64,000 nt of DNA from contig JBFXHX010000001.1 in assembly GCA_050176585.1 (NCBI GenBank), forward strand, positions 158,695 through 222,694, written 5' to 3'. The DNA is from Candidatus Binatia bacterium (GTDB lineage: Bacteria; Desulfobacterota; Binatia; HRBIN30; CADEER01). The notes beneath the pieces are model-generated. The model did no database searches. It was not told where the DNA came from and saw only the letters and a program-made list of their open reading frames with translations. A program made the position numbers and the translations under genes. Shown one piece after another: positions 61,971 to 64,000 of this stretch. Within the stretch, counting starts at the first letter, position 1. Every line of letters begins with the position of its first letter.

Positions 61971-62426
61971 ATGAAGCGCTCTGCGAAGTTCGGCATCGGC
62001 GCATGTCTGCTGGTGGCGGCTATCGGCTATCTCATGGTGGCCGGGCTGCAGACCTCCTCGAGCTACTATTTCACCATCGGCGAGTTTCTGCCCCAGCGCG
62101 ATCGTTTCGCTGGCCAAGGGGTGCGCATCGCCGGGCGCGTCAATGAGGGCTCGCTGCGCAAACACACCTCCGTCCAGGGCACGAGCCTGGAGTTCGCCAT
62201 CGGCGACTTCGCCGGACCCGACCGCCAGCCGCTCGCGGGCACGCTTCCAGTGACCTACGTCGGAGTGGTGCCGGACATGTTCGCCGAGGGCCGTGACGTG
62301 ATCATCGAGGGCCGATATGTGGACGGCGTCCTGCGGGCCCAGACGATCATGACCAGCTGCCCGTCCAAGTACGAGCCCGATGTCGGCGAGGAGGCCGGCG
62401 CGCCGCAGCAAGCGGCGCAGCGCTGA
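61971..62426 (+). CDS. ccmE: Cytochrome c-type biogenesis protein CcmE, Cys (CxxxY) variant
   Basis: N-terminal TM anchor and OB-fold CcmE core (YYFTIGEF...VRIAGRV..GS...F.I.D....L.V.Y.GVVPDMF.EG...I.EG). The heme-binding site reads CPSKY where canonical CcmE has a His. Confidence 0.75.
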   Translation: MKRSAKFGIGACLLVAAIGYLMVAGLQTSSSYYFTIGEFLPQRDRFAGQGVRIAGRVNEGSLRKHTSVQGTSLEFAIGDFAGPDRQPLAGTLPVTYVGVVPDMFAEGRDVIIEGRYVDGVLRAQTIMTSCPSKYEPDVGEEAGAPQQAAQR

Positions 62427-62433
62427 CCGGCAT

Positions 62434-64000
62434 ATGGTCGATATCGGTCCGCTCGCGCTCAATCTCGGGCTGGTCCTCGCCCTCTACGCGGTGGTGATGT
62501 CGCTGGCGGGGGTGTGGACGCGTCGGCGCGATCTGATTGGCAGCGCCGAGCACGCGGCGCTCGCAGTGTGGGGCTGCACGCTCGTCGCCACCCTGGCCCT
62601 GCTGCACGCGCTGGTGGTACACGATTTTCGCGTCGAATACGTCGCCGCATACAGCAGCAGCACGCTGCCGCTGTATTACACGGTAGCGGCGCTCTGGGGC
62701 GGCCAAAAGGGTTCGCTCCTCTTCTGGCTGCTCATCCTCACGTCCATGGCGGCGGTGGTGGAGCTGCAGAACCGCGCCAAGCATCGCGAGCTGATGCCGT
62801 ACGTGACCGCGACGTTGATGACCATCGCGGCTTTCTTTCTCCTCCTGCTGGTCTTCATCACGCCTCCCTTCGAGCTGCTCGCCGTACCGGCGCGCGAAGG
62901 GCGCGATCTGAACCCGCTGCTGCAGAACTATTGGATGACCATCCATCCGCCGTCGCTGTATCTCGGCTTCGTCGGCATGTCGGTCCCGTTCGCGTTCGCC
63001 ATCGCCGCGCTCGCGTCCGGTCGCCTCGGCGACACCTGGATACGCACCACGCGCCGCTGGACCCTGTTCGCCTGGTTCTTCCTCAGCCTCGGCAACCTGT
63101 TCGGCGCCTTGTGGGCGTACGAGGTGCTCGGGTGGGGCGGGTACTGGGCATGGGATCCAGTGGAGAACGCAGCCTTCATGCCGTGGCTGACGGGTACCGC
63201 GTTTCTGCACTCGGTGATGATCCAGGAAAAAAAGGACATGCTGAAGGTGTGGAACATGGTCCTCGTGATCCTCACCTTCTCGCTGACCATTTTCGGCACG
63301 TTCCTGACTCGCAGCGGCGTGATCTCCTCGGTCCATTCGTTCACCCAATCCGGCCTCGGACCGTTCTTCCTGATCTTCCTGGCGCTGGTGATTACCGTTG
63401 CGCTCGGCCTGCTGCTCTGGCGCCTGCCGTTGTTGCGCAGCAGCAACGAGCTCGATTCGCTCCTGTCGCGCGAGTCGGCGTTTCTGTTCAACAACCTCAT
63501 CCTGGTTGGTATCGCCTTCGCGGTGTTCTGGGGCACGATGTTTCCGCTCATCTCCGAGTGGGTGCGCGGCGTGAAGATCACGGTCGGTCCGCCGTTCTTC
63601 AACAAAGTGAACGCGCCGCTCGGCCTCGCGCTGCTGTTCCTGATGGGCGTCGGGCCGATCATCGCCTGGCGGCGCGCGACCTGGACCCACCTGAAGCGCA
63701 GCTTCGCCTGGCCCGCTGTAACCGGCGTGGTGGGTGGCGCGCTCTGCTTCGTGCTCGGCGGCCGCAGCTACTGGGCGGTGCTCGCGTTCTCGTTGATCGC
63801 CTTCGTCGTCGGCACCATCGCCACCGAGTTCATCCGCGGCACGCGCGCTCGCCAGGCGATGCTCGGCGAGCCCATGCTCGTCGCCTTCGCGCGGCTGACC
63901 GGAAAGAACCGACGCCGCTACGGCGGCTACATCATCCATCTGGGGGTGGTGATGGTGTTCGTCGCGATCGCCGGCACGGCGCTGTTCCGGCAGGAGCGGC
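62434..64000 (+). CDS. ccmF: Cytochrome c-type biogenesis protein CcmF (3' end outside the window)
   Basis: ATG at 62434, 8 nt after ccmE. Polytopic, with the WWD domain (WGGYWAWDPVENAAFMPW) and conserved His. Not in the ORF track because it runs off the window. Confidence 0.9.
   Translation, partial: MVDIGPLALNLGLVLALYAVVMSLAGVWTRRRDLIGSAEHAALAVWGCTLVATLALLHALVVHDFRVEYVAAYSSSTLPLYYTVAALWGGQKGSLLFWLLILTSMAAVVELQNRAKHRELMPYVTATLMTIAAFFLLLLVFITPPFELLAVPAREGRDLNPLLQNYWMTIHPPSLYLGFVGMSVPFAFAIAALASGRLGDTWIRTTRRWTLFAWFFLSLGNLFGALWAYEVLGWGGYWAWDPVENAAFMPWLTGTAFLHSVMIQEKKDMLKVWNMVLVILTFSLTIFGTFLTRSGVISSVHSFTQSGLGPFFLIFLALVITVALGLLLWRLPLLRSSNELDSLLSRESAFLFNNLILVGIAFAVFWGTMFPLISEWVRGVKITVGPPFFNKVNAPLGLALLFLMGVGPIIAWRRATWTHLKRSFAWPAVTGVVGGALCFVLGGRSYWAVLAFSLIAFVVGTIATEFIRGTRARQAMLGEPMLVAFARLTGKNRRRYGGYIIHLGVVMVFVAIAGTALFRQER

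Overview
This window is about 70% GC, gene-dense, and almost certainly chromosomal DNA from a Gram-negative bacterium. The gene content (Kdo and lipid A synthesis, complex I, cytochrome c maturation System I, peptidoglycan recycling) and the GroEL tail of GGM repeats point to a Myxococcota/deltaproteobacteria-like or similar high-GC lineage, but that placement is inference only. I can support about 65 CDS, many joined by 4-nt GTGA/ATGA start-stop overlaps. I found no rRNA, tRNA, CRISPR array or intact mobile element. The supplied ORF track treats GTG/TTG as Met and contains many long antisense ORFs typical of GC-rich DNA, which I did not call.

Gene order:
- 1-6309: a partial SDR, then a four-gene plus-strand operon of lipoprotein, TPR/beta-barrel outer-membrane protein, FecR-domain protein and a CHASE2 class III nucleotidyl cyclase.
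- 6552-11026: a minus-strand cluster of a MoxR AAA+ ATPase, a VWA protein, TerC and a CBS-pair protein.
- 11145-16320: a GcvH-like protein whose lipoyl lysine is replaced by Arg, followed by a Pcm lipoprotein; then FtsB-like, enolase with an Arg-rich tail, LemA, an M48 peptidase and a zinc-ribbon protein.
- 16480-16870: a 28-aa Lys-rich micro-ORF with a consensus promoter, UP element, strong RBS and terminator.
- 16927-20140: a patatin-like lipase, then a MurU/AmgK-like pair.
- 20336-26406: an incomplete complex I locus (nuoA, C, D, E, H, J, K, N only).
- 26423-31435: pyrF, proS, an aldo/keto reductase and an MFS transporter.
- 31554-34676: a small Cys-rich secreted protein, a YczE-like membrane protein, SCO1/SenC and an SBP56/MtoX-like protein.
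- 34876-41912: kdsB, pyrG, kdsA, kdsD, then two LpxL-family acyltransferases flanking a ferritin-like diiron protein.
- 41968-46800: a convergent luxE, luxC, class III aminotransferase operon, then a secreted LamG-like protein.
- 46801-47461: about 660 nt with no supported ORF, containing a possible IS110-like remnant.
- 47520-54206: groESL, two DUF507 paralogs, rmuC and a family B DNA polymerase.
- 54245-64000: cupin, PduO-type adenosyltransferase, MBL hydrolase, GGCT, a metzincin-like lipoprotein, a radical SAM protein, two membrane proteins, yacG, lpxA, a Cys-variant CcmE (CPSKY) and partial ccmF.

The most unusual candidate systems are the luxE-luxC-aminotransferase operon abutting the lipid A genes, the SBP56/SCO1/Cys-rich module, and the FecR/CHASE2/TPR-beta-barrel operon.
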